DNA of 63,950 nucleotides, counting the filler, from Octopus bimaculoides (taxonomy: Eukaryota): assembly GCF_001194135.2 (NCBI RefSeq). It is 6 parts of 6 records of this genome, joined end to end, with 100 filler letters (N's around TTAATTAATTAA, not from the genome) between each part and the next. Parts side by side here need not be neighbours in the genome. Positions count along the whole stretch, not along the records: positions 1 to 19,305 come from NC_068982.1; 5 more parts are not named here. One strand, 5' to 3'. Below the pieces are notes generated by a model. That model worked only from the letters and a program-made list of their open reading frames with translations. It was not told the DNA's origin and ran no database searches. Below, piece after piece: positions 1-13,187 of the stretch. Position 1 is the stretch's first letter. Each line of letters opens with the position of its first letter. A program made the translations under genes and the position numbers.

Positions 1-2
1 GA

Positions 3-245
3 GAAGTTGAGATAGGAGTGTGAGTCTGTGTGTTTGTAGTGGATGGAGGTGCTAAGGGCGGAGTGGAGGATGCTGACCGAAATGTCGAGAAAGGGGACAG
101 AGGTGTCAGAGACAGTACAGGAGAAGTGGAGGGCAGGATGGAAAGATTGAACGAAAGAGAGGAACGAGTCAAGATGTTCGCGGGAGAGAGAGGTGGCACC
201 GATACAGTCGTCGATATACCGACCGTATAGTTCGGGAGTGGGACC
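3..245 (-). mobile_element. Penelope-like element (PLE) reverse-transcriptase fragment, stop-free, running off the window start
   Basis: Manual minus-strand translation (no ATG, so absent from the ORF track): GPTPELYGRYIDDCIGATSLSREHLDSFLSFVQSFHPALHFSCTVSDTSVPFLDISVSILHSALSTSIHYKHTDSHSYLNF. It carries the catalytic RYIDD (207-221), FHP.LHF, PFLD and YK.TDSHSYL motifs typical of PLE RTs. 5'-truncated against a (TA)n run. Confidence 0.85.
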
Positions 246-269
246 AATATATATATATATATATATAAA

Positions 270-830
270 TCTCTGGCGTGAATGGGACAAAATCTTGCAT
301 TCTTTGAGAATAATGGACAGAACATTCTGAAGGCTGTTGAGGTTGATCATTTGAACCATTCGGAGGACCTATATTACTTGATGTATAAAGTGTACATTGT
401 GATGAGTATGGAACTTGGTAACATTGTCTGAGGTTTATTTAATACGTTATATGTGAAGATGGATGCAAAACGAACAGCAGATGTGGAGTTTTTCAACTGA
501 AAGTAATATCAACGAATGACCATTGTTGGGAGCTGAAATGAAAACATTTTGCAAGGTCGCTAGATTTTGTTGGGGGAATATAACATAAAAATCGGCTTCA
601 GTTTCAGAGGCCGAAAATACACGCAGTCGTTCTCCACGGTTCGGTTGTTGTTTTCTATGAAAAACATTGCTAAGTAAAAGATGCCCAGAGTCTTAATAGC
701 TTGATAACCTACGGCGCAGCTATGAATGAACTACTTGTGGCACTGGGGATGTCAGTTTTCCTTGTGTGTGAAACATGGAAAGACATGTCTAAGAATACGG
801 TTCCAGTAGTGATTGTTTAAGTACAAAACA
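270..830 (-). mobile_element. older, decayed Penelope-like RT/thumb remnant
   Basis: Fragmented minus-strand peptides TVFLDMSF..HTRKTD and PQVVHS*LRRRLS resemble the PLE RT C-terminal region; many stops and frameshifts. Confidence 0.35.
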
Positions 831-2799
831 CACATCCTGTAAGATATAGCAAATAACCACCAAAAATCTGATCAATCATCTGATTTGCGCACTATAATAT
901 TTGGGAGACGGAATTTGTGCATTGCATGATGATTATTGATGTTAAATTAGCTGAGGGATGATTGAAAGACTAAACATACCACATAGGGATCAGTGTGGAA
1001 GCCAAGGTGAGGTGCATTCATGGAATTCACCAAACGTAGTAACTTCCGAGTAGTCAGTAATAAGACACACCAAATGCAGGTCGAGGATGTTTCAAATTGT
1101 TTTATATTCATGGTGTTATTTTTTTAGTAATTAGATTATGGTGATGTAGCCAATACCACATTGTGTCATAGAAAGAATTCGAGCTTTATTACATAATATA
1201 AAACATGGCTGAATTTATTAATTTATTAATTACATAAAGCACTGCAAATACTATTTATTCGTGAGAGTAAACATTGTTTTCTTTCCAAGTAAAGATCGAT
1301 ATTTCAGCTCTGTGATACAGATACGGTCCATAATAATTATTCACTTCGAAGGAACATTAAGCATCTGCTGTATCTAGATGACGCATTGAAATCAAGAATG
1401 TATGACAACAACTGCACTAATTACATCTGATAAAAAAAAATATTTTGTGTTGTAGATCAATATAAATGCCAGAATAATGGCTTCATCTGACATATATTAT
1501 CATTTTATTATTAAGGAATTTTACTACAAGTACAAAATAATGTATTTTAGATATACGACTAAATGTCTTTGATAATACAAGTATTGTATTAAGAAATGTC
1601 ACGTAAATGTATTTAGAATATGTAGTAAGATTTGTACCAGAGAGCCTCAGCTATCGAATACAATTTATTGATAGCAGAAAGTCATTTCTGAAACTCTGCA
1701 AAAATGTGTTTTATTATTTCTTTCAAAATCTCAGATCAATTGAAATTTTACTTTCTGCCAAATAACTACAGATGCTATATGAAATGTTCAAATGAAATTA
1801 TCAAGCATGGCAGTCTAAGTTGAGAATATTTGTAGCTTGTGGTATTATGACATGGAACGCTTCACCAATCTAGATGTTGAACCATCTATTCACTGGGAAA
1901 CGAGCACGACATTAAAAAGAAGAAATTGCACATAAAAGCTTTCAACATTATATGAAAAGCTTCCATTTGACGTCTATAATTAATCAAACATATTACTAAA
2001 TTTATAAAATAGAGTTAGAGGTTGAAGTATTGAAATATTACTCTGCCATTTCGCCAAAGTTGAAATGATAAAGTTTTAAAAGCGTTAAATCTTTCATTGT
2101 GCTAGCTGAGGAATGTTGCCAAAATTTTAGTTTGTATCTTTACTGACAATATGATTAAACAATTAAAATAAAACAATATTAATATAATTTCAGAAGCATT
2201 TTTGATTAATTACTAATGATGAAGAAAAGAAGTAATATTTCATTTATTGTTTAGATACTGAACACAATAACTGATTTGATTTTAATAAAATAACGTTAAA
2301 AATGGAAAGAAAAACATGTAATTATGCTTTCTTTTAATCACAGATACGCAAGTTAGATTTCTATTTCGTTTCACGTTCCTAACTGTATGGCATTTTAGTG
2401 CAACCTTTGAGGTTTATAACACAATGAATGTTATTCAGATTCCAGTGATATTCTTAACTCTTTATTTTATTTTAATATATTTCTATATATGGAATTATTT
2501 ATTGAATATCACTGATAGAACCAAATTTACATCATACGCTAGTTCCCAACTCTTCTTCGGGAAATTTAATTATCAACAACTTAGAAACAATGACACATAC
2601 TTTCTTGTAAAGAGAACAAAACAAGAGATGGGGCATTGTTTTATATTTGGAGTTCTTCCAATAACCTTCCTTTGCTGGAATCATCAATGGTAAATGCTTG
2701 TCATTTCTTATACACTCGTACACATATAACATAAACGAACATGCATGCACGTGCACATACGCGCGCGCGCAGTCATGTATACACATAACTAGCTAGATA

Positions 2800-2867
2800 G
2801 ACAGACTGACAGACAGACAGACAAATGGACGGACGGACGGACGGACGGACGGATGGATGGATGGCTG

Positions 2868-2935
<68 letters not shown>
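2800..2935. repeat. compound tetranucleotide microsatellite (GACA/GGAC/GGAT/GATA)
   Basis: Seen directly in sequence. Confidence 0.95.
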
Positions 2936-4029
2936 CTGAATCCTACCTAATTTAACTTAATCTAATATTGAGAGTTAACTTTAATGAAAATAGTAATTAG
3001 AATTGGTGAACTTCGATTCCCTTTGCATTACAGTAGCAAAAAATTGATTTTTAATTAAAAATACTTTAAAATAGTATCTCATTGGATCTTTATCAAATTG
3101 CATTCTACTCGTGAATATATGACGTCAAGTTTACGCTTTGTCATTCTGAAAACAAGTTGCTGTATAATTTTCAAAAATTTGTGTTTATTGATGCACATTT
3201 TCGTTGTACTAACAAAAGAGTAAAGTGGTAGAATGATAATACATCATTTTACCATTCATATATACTCTTTTCAAGAGGAAAGAGGACATTAGACCACAGA
3301 ATATTTAATTTAATTACTCTTTCAATTTATAAAGTACAAAATTATAATATAATTGATTTACTAATTTTACTTTCCGCTCTGCGATGTACTAAAACATTTC
3401 TGAAATGTATTGTATTACTGACATTTTACTGAATATTAACGAGTAAAACCAATTTAATTATAGTTCATTATTTAACTCCTAACGTTAGATTTGATAAAAG
3501 CTTAACAGATTTAATAAAATACAACTAATATCAAAATCATTTCAATTGCAATAAGTGCAGCATATAACAGAGAAATGTACAGAATTAAAGCATGAGGCAA
3601 ACACTTTGAATATAACTAATATTTAGCTCGTTGAAAACAGAATAATGCATTAAAACTGATTTATTATCTTATGCTAAAATATTTATTCGTATTCCTTTGT
3701 GAAATCCACTTACGCTTCATAAAAGTTTACTGTTTCCGAGGAATATAAACATCTAATGTGTATCATTTTGCATAAGAACTTTGATATGTTGTCTACACTA
3801 TCAAATGATCAAATATTTCGCACGTAACATATATGTATATATATGTATATATAGAAGATGGGTCCAGTGTAATCCGTGGGTAGGAGAGGTGCAGCCGGAG
3901 GGTGTAGCGTTCAGAATAAAACAGTCCAGAAAGAATAAATCCAGAATGAAAGAAGGTAGAATCCAGAAGTTCGTGTTTGATGAGAGGAGACAGGATTAGC
4001 TGGTGCGACCACGAGAGCGTGTATTATAT

Positions 4030-4275
4030 GTGGGAGAATGTACAAAAAAAAAACAACAACAGACGAGGACAGGTGGTGTAAACAACAAAAGGATGTATTA
4101 GTTTGACGCTCAGGAATGTGTGTTTTTCTCCTTGTTTTCTCCGTATTCTTTCTGTTGAAGAGCGTAGCTCGAAACGTCAAAGACTTTCCGTATTCCCGAG
4201 CGTCAAACTAATACATCCTTTTGTTGTTTACACCACCTGTCCTCGTCTGTTGTTTTTTTTTTCGTACATTCTCCC

Positions 4276-4277
<2 letters not shown>
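4030..4277. repeat. ~88-bp-arm inverted repeat (PLE-type terminal palindrome)
   Basis: 4030-4117 (gtgggagaatgtac...gtttgacgctcaggaat) is the near-perfect reverse complement of 4191-4277; ~73-nt loop. Confidence 0.9.
4147..4183 (+). ncRNA. minimal type I hammerhead ribozyme-like motif (variant core)
   Basis: TCTTT-CTGTTGA-A-GAGC(GTA)GCTC-GAAA-C-GTC-AAAGA: stem I TCTTT/AAAGA, 4-bp stem II, loopless palindromic stem III (ACGT), GUC triplet. A6U change and one extra A after A9. Confidence 0.6.
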
Positions 4278-4345
<68 letters not shown>

Positions 4346-4399
4346 ATATTCACACACACATACACACACACATACATAATACATAGATACACTGGTTAG

Positions 4400-4835
4400 C
4401 AAGGGACGCGTTCGGATCTTAGACAGAGAAGTCCGATCGAAAATTATGTCTCAATCTCTACTCAACGCCAGAATCGTAAGTAATAAGCCTGCAACTTGTA
4501 CGAGGAGGCGTAGGGAGCACAAAGATGCATGTCTCACCTCAACAACACGAATCGTGGTTAGGTGGTAAAAAGCATAGTTATTGGGAATCAAAGTTTCACA
4601 ACCCGTACGAGTAAAGAACTTGAACCAGTAGAAGAGGCGAAATGCTAACGGCTAGATATAGTCGGTGTCTCCTCTACAAGATTTTATATTTCTGGTACCG
4701 TAGATTTGGATGGAGAAAGAAAGTTCCACAATCCAGATGTAGTGTCAAGTGTTTTCAGAGATGGGAGTGTGGATACTAGCTTCTGTCTATCAGACTGAGT
4801 TATGGAGTGGATGTCGCTAGGTGAGAAGATCTATT
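4400..4835 (+). mobile_element. RTE-type LINE 5' fragment (AP-endonuclease N-terminus), decayed
   Basis: Translates to ELEPVEEAKC*RLDIVGVSSTR...SGTVDLDG...EWMSLGEKI, matching the APE start of RTE LINEs. Confidence 0.55.
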
Positions 4836-5485
4836 CCTTGAATATTATTTTCTGTCAGATATTCAGAAGATGTATTCCCTGAATATTATTTTCTGTCTGC
4901 TTTTTCCAGTGATAATTTCCAAAATGTTTTAATTGAATTTCATTTGGTCTGCATTTATGCTTCTTTTCATTTAAGGAAGTAGATTAGAATTAACTTTAAA
5001 ATGTTAGAGTTGTGATAGGTGCAGAGATAGTGATAATATCAATCATTATTAAGTGAAATATAAACACTGTATTTTACTAAATTCAGACAAATAGAATTTC
5101 TTCAAAAGCACGTCTCTTAGGCGCCACTGTACGAAAACCAATTTTTGTGGCAATATTAACATGTTGAATATGCATAATATAAATAAAAAATAAACCCGAA
5201 GTATATTAAACAGAGATGAAAAGAAGCAATACTTTCCAATGATTAACAGTATTTTAATTCTGTTTTTTAGACAATTACAAGAACCAACATAGAATATACT
5301 TGAATTTCTTTCTTTCCCAATGAAACGTAACTTTCTATGTCTTAGCAATAAAATGAACATTGAGTGAACCTACAAGAATATACACTGGTTGGGGTAAGAA
5401 ATAGAAACGTTTATAAAAGAAATAAAGTAGTTAGTTATGTCAGCCATATTTAAGCCCTTTTTAACGCTAGATTTCAATGTATGTA

Positions 5486-6747
5486 TCAGGTTGAATAAAA
5501 CGTAAGCAACATTTTGAACCATGAAGAATTTGTACCGGATTTTTGTAGAGTTTTGAATTTTTTAAAAACAATTTTTTGAAATTGTCTGATAATACAGGCA
5601 CAGACTTGCCCAAATACAACAATAAATTAACATTGATATTTTTGTCACTGTTGTTACAATCATCTCAAATGGAACTGTGAATGCGCGATATTAGAACGAT
5701 TTTGCTATTCAACTTCAAAAAAGGACATAAAGCAGCTGAAACTGCTCACGATATCAACGAGAAATTTTGAGGAAATGACCAGTGAGTGGTCAGCTCGAAA
5801 ATGGTTTAAACGATTTCGCAGTGGAGACCTGAGACTTGAAGATCGTGAGCGCAGTGGACGCCCATCTGTTATCGATGACGGTCAGTTAAAGACCGTCACT
5901 AAGAAAGATCCACGTAAAACCACCCGAGAACTGGCAAAAGGACTTATCCAAAAAACTGTCTGCAACCATTTGCATGTGATCAGAAAATCAAGAAAAAAGC
6001 TCGATAAATGGGTACCACACGATTTGAATGAAATTCAGAAAATGCACAGGTATGAACTTTGTTCGTAGCTTCCTCTTTGTAACCGGACCGATCCATTTCT
6101 CGACCGTATTGTAACTTGCGATAAAAGTGAATTATGTTCAACAATAAAAACGTTCCTCGCAGTAGTTGGACAAAAATGAGGCACCGAAAACCTTCCCTAA
6201 ATCAGAGCTCTTCAAAAAGAAGGTTATGGTGATTGGATGGTGGTGTACTGCTGGACCCATCCAGTATAGCTTCTTAAAACACGGAAAAACCATTACCGCA
6301 GAAACATATTGCTATATAATTGCCAAAATAAACGAAAAACTACAACTCCTCCCTCCCAGATTGGTCATCAGAAGAGGGCCAGGCATTCTTCATGACAATG
6401 CTCGATCATATGTTTCACTAATGACGCTCCTGAAGTTGAGGAATCTTGGCTACGAAGTTCTTTCCCACCCAGCTTATTCCCCAGAACTTTCTCCTACTGA
6501 CTACCATTTTTTCAAGCACCTTGATGGCTTTCTGCAAGAGAAGGAGTTCAAAAATCAAACCAATAGTGAAAGTGCGTTCAAATAGTTCCAGAACACCAGA
6601 TTTTATGTTACAGTAACTTGTAACTTGTTGGCAAGATTGTGTTGATTGTAATGGTACGTACTTTGCTGAATAAAATTTCCGCATTGTTGAAATATATCGT
6701 GGTGAAATTCATGTTTCAAAACGTTGCTTACGTTTTACTCAGCCTGA
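5486..6747 (+). mobile_element. full-length but inactive mariner (DD34D) transposon
   Basis: ~40-bp TIRs (tcaggttgaataaaacgtaagcaacattttgaaccatgaa / ttcatgtttcaaaacgttgcttacgttttactcagcctga), TA target duplication at 5484-5485 and 6748-6749, WVPHDL and YSPELSPTD motifs, 34 residues between HDN-D and PTD-D. Transposase broken by stops and frameshifts (ORFs 5775-6068, 6166-6585). Confidence 0.95.
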
Positions 6748-6949
6748 TACATACTAAGCCACCACCATGCACAATTCTCAAGTCTCTCTCACTAAACAAC
6801 TCGCGTAAATCTATTCAACATCCCATATGTATGCAAGAAATATGCAACGAAAATTAAAATATTTGTGGCAAGTTAAAAATGGTCATTCTCATTTTCATAA
6901 ATGAGGCTATGATCTGGTGCTTTCACGCAATTCTCATGCACATACATAC

Positions 6950-7025
6950 ATATGTGTGTGTGTGCCTCTGTGTGTGTGTGTGTGCCTCTGTGTGTGTGTG
7001 TGTGTGCCTCTGTGTGTGTGTGTGC

Positions 7026-7060
<35 letters not shown>

Positions 7061-7120
7061 TGTGTGTGCCTCTGTGTGTGTGTGTGTGTGTGCCTCTGTG
7101 TGTGTGTGTGTGTGTGTGTA
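6950..7120. repeat. (TG)n microsatellite periodically interrupted by CCTC
   Basis: Seen directly; source of several spurious VC/HT ORFs. Confidence 0.95.
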
Positions 7121-7169
7121 AGCACATACGCACACACACAATACGCGCACACGCACAAACAGACTAAAA

Positions 7170-7516
7170 TATATCTTTTATCCTTTACCTGTTTCAGTTA
7201 TTAGACTGCGGTCATGCTGGTGCACTGCCTTGAAGAATTTTAGCTGAAAGAATGTGGTAGTGATGGGAAGACACAACCACATATACACACACACAAATAT
7301 AAGCGCGCGTGCACACACACTCACTCACAGATATAAATATTATTTTATTCTTTTACTTGTTTCAGTCATTTGACTGTGACCATGCTGTAGCACCACCTTA
7401 AATGGTTTCAGTCGAAGAAATTAACTCTAGGCCATATATATATGACGGGATACTTTCGGTTTCCGTCTACCAAATCCGCTCACAAGGCTTTGGTCGGCTT
7501 GAGGCTATAGCAGAAG
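7170..7516 (-). mobile_element. SINE family A partial copies (two 3' tails plus core), cut by an assembly gap
   Basis: tgtttcagtcatttgactg..catgctg tail and tttccgtctaccaaatcc..acaaggctttggtcgg core are shared with copies at 11139, 26032, 43451, 45728 and 48988. Confidence 0.85.
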
Positions 7517-8654
7517 NNNNNNNNNNNNNNNNNNNNNNNNNNNNNNNNNNNNNNNNNNNNNNNNNNNNNNNNNNNNNNNNNNNNNNNNNNNNNNNNNNNN
7601 NNNNNNNNNNNNNNNNNNNNNNNNNNNNNTATATATATATATATATGAGAGGTATTGATATCTAGAAGACCCAATGAGTGGCGGGTAATGCTTACTAAGT
7701 ACTAGGGACAGACCGTAGTTAAATTCTTCGTTCGATAGTGATACGAGTGAGGAGTCTAATGTGTGTGTGTCTGTGTCTGTGTGTCTGTGTGTCTGTGTGT
7801 GTCTGTGTGTGTCTGTGTATGTATGTATGCATAAATACATTTATACGCTGTCTCTATATTCTGCGGAAATAGTAAACATTACTGCTCTTCTCAACATTTT
7901 ATAAGTTTACTTCTTCCTTCTCACGGTCCTTACTCAGTCCGTCGGTCTCTAAAACACGTTTCTGCCTCATGTTATCTCTCTGAAGACCATGGTGTTTAAT
8001 CCTATGTCGCTCCAAATTAAACACACTGTGATTGAAGAGATCCTCTCTTGATCATTCCATCTTTAATTTAGATATTGTGTTTCAAGGGCTACATTGTTTA
8101 ATGCGTTTGTTTCTTCTTTCAGTATTGTAGATTCGGGTTTAAGAGCGTCTGTGTCGCTATTTCTCCCAGGTCGAGTGACCAAATAGAATATCTTTTAATT
8201 TGCTCATCAACCGTACCAACTTCACTAATCAGGAACAGCTGAAAATTTCGAAGGGATTGTCATTCCTACTCCAAATAAATAACATTATTTTACGTTCAGA
8301 AAAATATTTTCCCAACCAATCGATTATACGGAACAAATATTATTTTGCAGAAAATTAGCACTTCCACACCTCCCTATATATAACAGTCAACGGGTTTATT
8401 GTGCTTTGTTACAATCAACAAATGTTATTCTCGTGACGATCTGACTCCACACATTATATATCAAACAAATTTGAGAATAATAAACGCAAAATTTTGATTT
8501 GTTTTACTCTTGTGGCAAAAATCGATAAATTTATATATATTATCAAAATATAGTTTGGTCGCGTAATACATTTATTTGTTCCATGTAGTAATATAAGATT
8601 TTTATTTATTCTAAGAAGTTTTAAAAATAAGGCGTTTCATATGCATGTATAAAT

Positions 8655-8885
8655 ATAGATAGATAACTTTCTTTTATTAGCCACACAGGGCTGCACACAG
8701 AGGGGACAAATACAACTGTAGAGCTTTTCTTTAAAAAAAATATTAAAAAAAAAAAAAATCCGATCAAAGGGGATCGGTAGGGGCAAAAAAAAAAAGGGGG
8801 TATCGTATATCACAGAAAATGTCAATTGTGTAAAATGGGGTAACATTAGGTTTATCCATGGAGAGAAAAGCCTACGGAAAAGACC
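8655..8885 (-). mobile_element. probable LINE 3' UTR ending in AATAAA at a (TA)n run
   Basis: Minus strand ends ...gtgtggctAATAAAagaaag next to a microsatellite, with internal poly-T tracts; no coding motif visible (gap follows). Confidence 0.35.
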
Positions 8886-9306
8886 ANNNNNNNNNNNNNN
8901 NNNNNNNNNNNNNNNNNNNNNNNNNNNNNNNNNNNNNNNNNNNNNNNNNNNNNNNNNNNNNNNNNNNNNNNNNNNNNNNNNNNNNNNNNNNNNNNNNNNN
9001 NNNNNNNNNNNNNNNNNNNNNNNNNNNNNNNNNNNNNNNNNNNNNNNNNNNNNNNNNNNNNNNNNNNNNNNNNNNNNNNNNNNNNNNNNNNNNNNNNNNN
9101 NNNNNNNNNNNNNNNNNNNNNNNNNNNNNNNNNNNNNNNNNNNNNNNNNNNNNNNNNNNNNNNNNNNNNNNNNNNNNNNNNNNNNNNNNNNNNNNNNNNN
9201 NNNNNNNNNNNNNNNNNNNNNNNNNNNNNNNNNNNNNNNNNNNNNNNNNNNNNNNNNNNNNNNNNNNNNNNNNNNNNNNNNNNNNNNNNNNNNNNNNNNN
9301 NNNNNN

Positions 9307-9360
<54 letters not shown>

Positions 9361-9730
9361 ACACACATACGCACACGCACACACGCACACACACACACAC
9401 CACAACAAACTATGACTTTGAACACTATAATGTTACGTTCTGGTATTATCATTTTATAAACGACTCGCTTTGTGGTCTAGTCTTAACGCCATGTGTTGTT
9501 AAATCGTTAAAGAAAACCATCATTTGCCATTATTTCATATTCAAAATAAAGGGAAATAAATAGCCGAGACAATAGATCAATTAATTTATGTTCTATACCG
9601 GAAATTATGTGTCTGTCTTGCTAATGTAGCCTTTTGACCGGTGAAAATTGTATGAATGATAACGAATTTCTCTATGAACAGCAACAGTTTCTTAGAAACG
9701 GTATTTTAGTTCATAATGTTTAATGTTGAT

Positions 9731-9793
9731 CTGATGAGAGGTGATGGACTGATGAGAGGTGATGGACTGATGAGAGGTGATGGACTGATGAGA
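9731..9793. repeat. 18-bp minisatellite, 3.5 perfect copies (CTGATGAGAGGTGATGGA)
   Basis: Units at 9731, 9749, 9767 and a partial unit at 9785. Confidence 0.95.
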
Positions 9794-10982
9794 TACGACA
9801 AATATGTACGCGAATATCAGTCACAGAATACATGGTAATTATTATTGAACTAAGTGCATAATAAACTTTAAATAAAATTAAAACACTCTTCCTAGGCACA
9901 CAGCAGAATGAATTTAAGTCAGAGATCATAGTCTAAAATCATACAATAGAGTAACTCTTGCTTTCGCAGGCTCTACCTATTATTAAGGCAACTTTTTTCA
10001 TTTTACACATAACTGCTTCCTAGTGACATACACTACAACTTTTTCTCTTAGGAACGTTCCATATTTTGAATCTTTTCTGATATCATAACAGTGCCCACGG
10101 TTATTTTGAAAACTATAAGATGCATGGAAGTTTATATAGAACAATAAAATATATAATGTATTTGAAAATTCATTTTATTTTTACTTTAGATAGTATAAAA
10201 GTTTACATAGGTAGTACCATTGGATGCGCAGTCTTAAGAAACAGCTTTTCTGAAAGTTATAGTCATTATGCTCATGCCTCTTCTACCTTGAAAATTGTTA
10301 TATTCTGTATTTCACTTTACATCAACTAAACATTGCAACGAAACTTATAGTATTATCCTGTTACTGTGCAACTCCGTTGGTAAATCTTTAACAAAACTTG
10401 ATATACACTTGATGTGTGTATGTATGTATGTATGTATACTATACTCAATTTTAAATATTTATTTACTCAGTTATCAAACAATGTCATTACGAATAATAGG
10501 AACATGTGGCATCTCTACAAGTTTGTGTCTTTCAATTCCTTCAATAGTTTTTTTCTTCAATTGCCTTGCGAGTAATCTAACTTTTACATCATCCATTTCG
10601 TTCCAAAGTTAGAGCATTATATACCTAGACAAAAGCTGAATATATTTTTGGCTAATCAAATGTGAAATAATCGAATAAAGCAGGCAACAATTAATTGTAT
10701 TAAAGCGCATGCTTTCAGTGATTGACTATTTGAAAAATTCATCAATAAAATATACTTTTTGTGTGTCCTCACTTCCATTAACTAATATCCCGACCGATGA
10801 CACTATCACAACTATAAAATCTACTACAGTTCTCAGTATAGCAATGTATGTTTGAGCATGTGCATGTGTGTGTGATACACCTTTGCCTTCTCTTACTCTC
10901 AAACCAAAACTTTCTTCTTTAACTCTCCAGACTGTTTCTCCATTTCTCTCTCTTTCTCTCTCTTTCTCTCTCTATTTCTTTC

Positions 10983-11053
<71 letters not shown>

Positions 11054-11099
11054 ATCTGTCTATCTATCTATACATCTCTCTCTCTCTCTCTCTCTCTCT

Positions 11100-11136
<37 letters not shown>

Positions 11137-11138
11137 TA

Positions 11139-11500
11139 GGCGCAGGAGGGGCTGTGTGGTAAGTAGCTTGCTTACCAACCACACAGGTTCAGTCCCACTG
11201 CGTGGCACCTTGGACAAGTATTTTCTACTATAGCCTCGGGCCGACCAAAGCTTTGTGAGTGGATTCGGTAGAAACTGAAAGAAGCCCGTCGTATATGTGT
11301 GTGTGTGTGTGTGTGTTCCCCCAATATCGCTTGACAACCGATGCTGGTGTGTTTACGTCCCCGTAACTTAGCGGTTCGGCAAAAGAGACCGATAGAATAA
11401 GTACTAAGCTTAAAAAGAATAAGTACTGGAGTCGATTTGCTCGACTAAAGGTGGTGCTCCAGCATGGCCGCAGTCAAATGACTGAAACAAGTAGAAGAGT
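11139..11500 (+). mobile_element. SINE family A, full length (tRNA-derived head, core, internal microsatellite, 3' tail)
   Basis: A box (ggctgtgtggtaag) and B box (ggttcagtccc), core ggcaccttggacaagt..ctactatagcc, tail ccagcatggccgcagtcaaatgactgaaacaag; many homologues in the window. Confidence 0.9.
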
Positions 11501-11845
11501 ATATATATATATATATATATATNNNNNNNNNNNNNNNNNNNNNNNNNNNNNNNNNNNNNNNNNNNNNNNNNNNNNNNNNNNNNNNNNNNNNNNNNNNNNN
11601 NNNNNNNNNNNNNNNNNNNNNNNNNNNNNNNNNNNNNNNNNNNNNNNNNNNNNNNNNNNNNNNNNNNNNNNNNNNNNNNNNNNNNNNNNNNNNNNNNNNN
11701 NNNNNNNNNNNNNNNNNNNNNNNNNNNNNNNNNNNNNNNNNNNNNNNNNNNNNNNNNNNNNNNNNNNNNNNNNNNNNNNNNNNNNNNNNNNNNNNNNNNN
11801 NNNNNNNNNNNNNNNNNNNNNNNNNNNNNNTATATATATATATAC

Positions 11846-11913
<68 letters not shown>

Positions 11914-12261
11914 TTATCTATCTATCATATCTAATTTTCATTCTGTCGATATATGTATCTGTCATTTCTAACAAGACAAATAAGCATTTAAACCTACAAA
12001 AAAAAGCTGAATAATGGCAGAGCCCCAGCATGACCACAGACTTTCAACTGGAATATGTAAAGAGTAAAAAAGAGAAACATCCACAGCTACTTCATATCTA
12101 AAATTATTTCACATTGCTTCAACTAACTAGCGATATAACAATCCAGCCATCTTTCTATATTCTATCTGCAGATGCAGCTATCTATATGAACAGACAGATA
12201 CATCTACAACGCGTCCCTGCAATAAACAGGCATTCACTACTATCTCTTTCACACACACACA

Positions 12262-12325
<64 letters not shown>

Positions 12326-13150
12326 TTTTAACCTCAAATTCATATGCTAAATAAGTTCTATTTCTCTCTCTAGCTCGTCTTTCGACTAAATATTTCGCCA
12401 CATAATATATACCAATTCTTTCTGCTAGCTCATAGCACTAATGCTCTTCTCTCACCCTCTCTATCTTCCTTCAGCTATCTATACGACATCGTCATGCATT
12501 TGGCTTGGAGGTATTAATATATAGATATCTATCCCACAAATAAGCTAAAGGCGGGCGTTCGGAGATCTAATCGGTTAAAAATAATGTAATGGTAACATAA
12601 AGATCGTAAACAGGATATATATTCTCGTTAACAATTGCAAGAACAATGAACTCGCGCTATCATTATTTAGTAACGGTCCTTTATGTTCTATGATCAAATG
12701 CCAACAATGTTCACTTTATCTTCATCGTACGGAGTCGATAAACATCTTTCAGCGTAATAAATACCATTTAAATAAATGTAAATAACAAATTATTACAATT
12801 GGAAAAGTTATTGAACATAGGAATTTTGTTTGAAATTAACTGACTCTGACAAAATGACATTGCTGAGATATAATAGGGTGTCCGTCCAACCCCAGCAAAG
12901 GTTTGATCATCTGTTAGTGGATACCTCAAATCTTTATTGGCTTTGCATAGGATCTGTTTTCGTGTATACTAATAGTGATATATTAAGAATAGCCTCTGAG
13001 ATCATTTATCCGGAAATATTATTCAATTAACATTGATGTATTTAATGCAGGGATATTGAAAGTCAAATTGTGAACACACTATGCGTTAAGAAAAGTGTTA
13101 GTCCATAGGCAATATATTATCAAGTATTTTGGCAACAAATGAAGAAACTC

Positions 13151-13187
13151 AGAACATGTTTCAGTATTTTATGATATCATCAGCGAA
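13151..13187 (-). ncRNA. degenerate hammerhead ribozyme motif
   Basis: Minus strand: CTGATGA-tatcataaaatact-GAAA-CATGT-T-ctgag. Core intact and palindromic stem III (ACATGT), but stems I and II are eroded. Confidence 0.5.

Noticed and set aside
6873-7204. Stacks of VCVC/HTHT/YIYI/LSLS ORFs here and at 8637-9452, 24548-25457, 29010-29392, 53851-54663, 58587-59139 and 60733-61791
   Set aside because: Translations of microsatellites and N-runs.
11139-11200. tRNA-like A/B boxes here and at 22247, 32734, 40957, 46174, 46859 and 48096
   Set aside because: They run into SINE cores and lack a complete cloverleaf; not tRNA genes.
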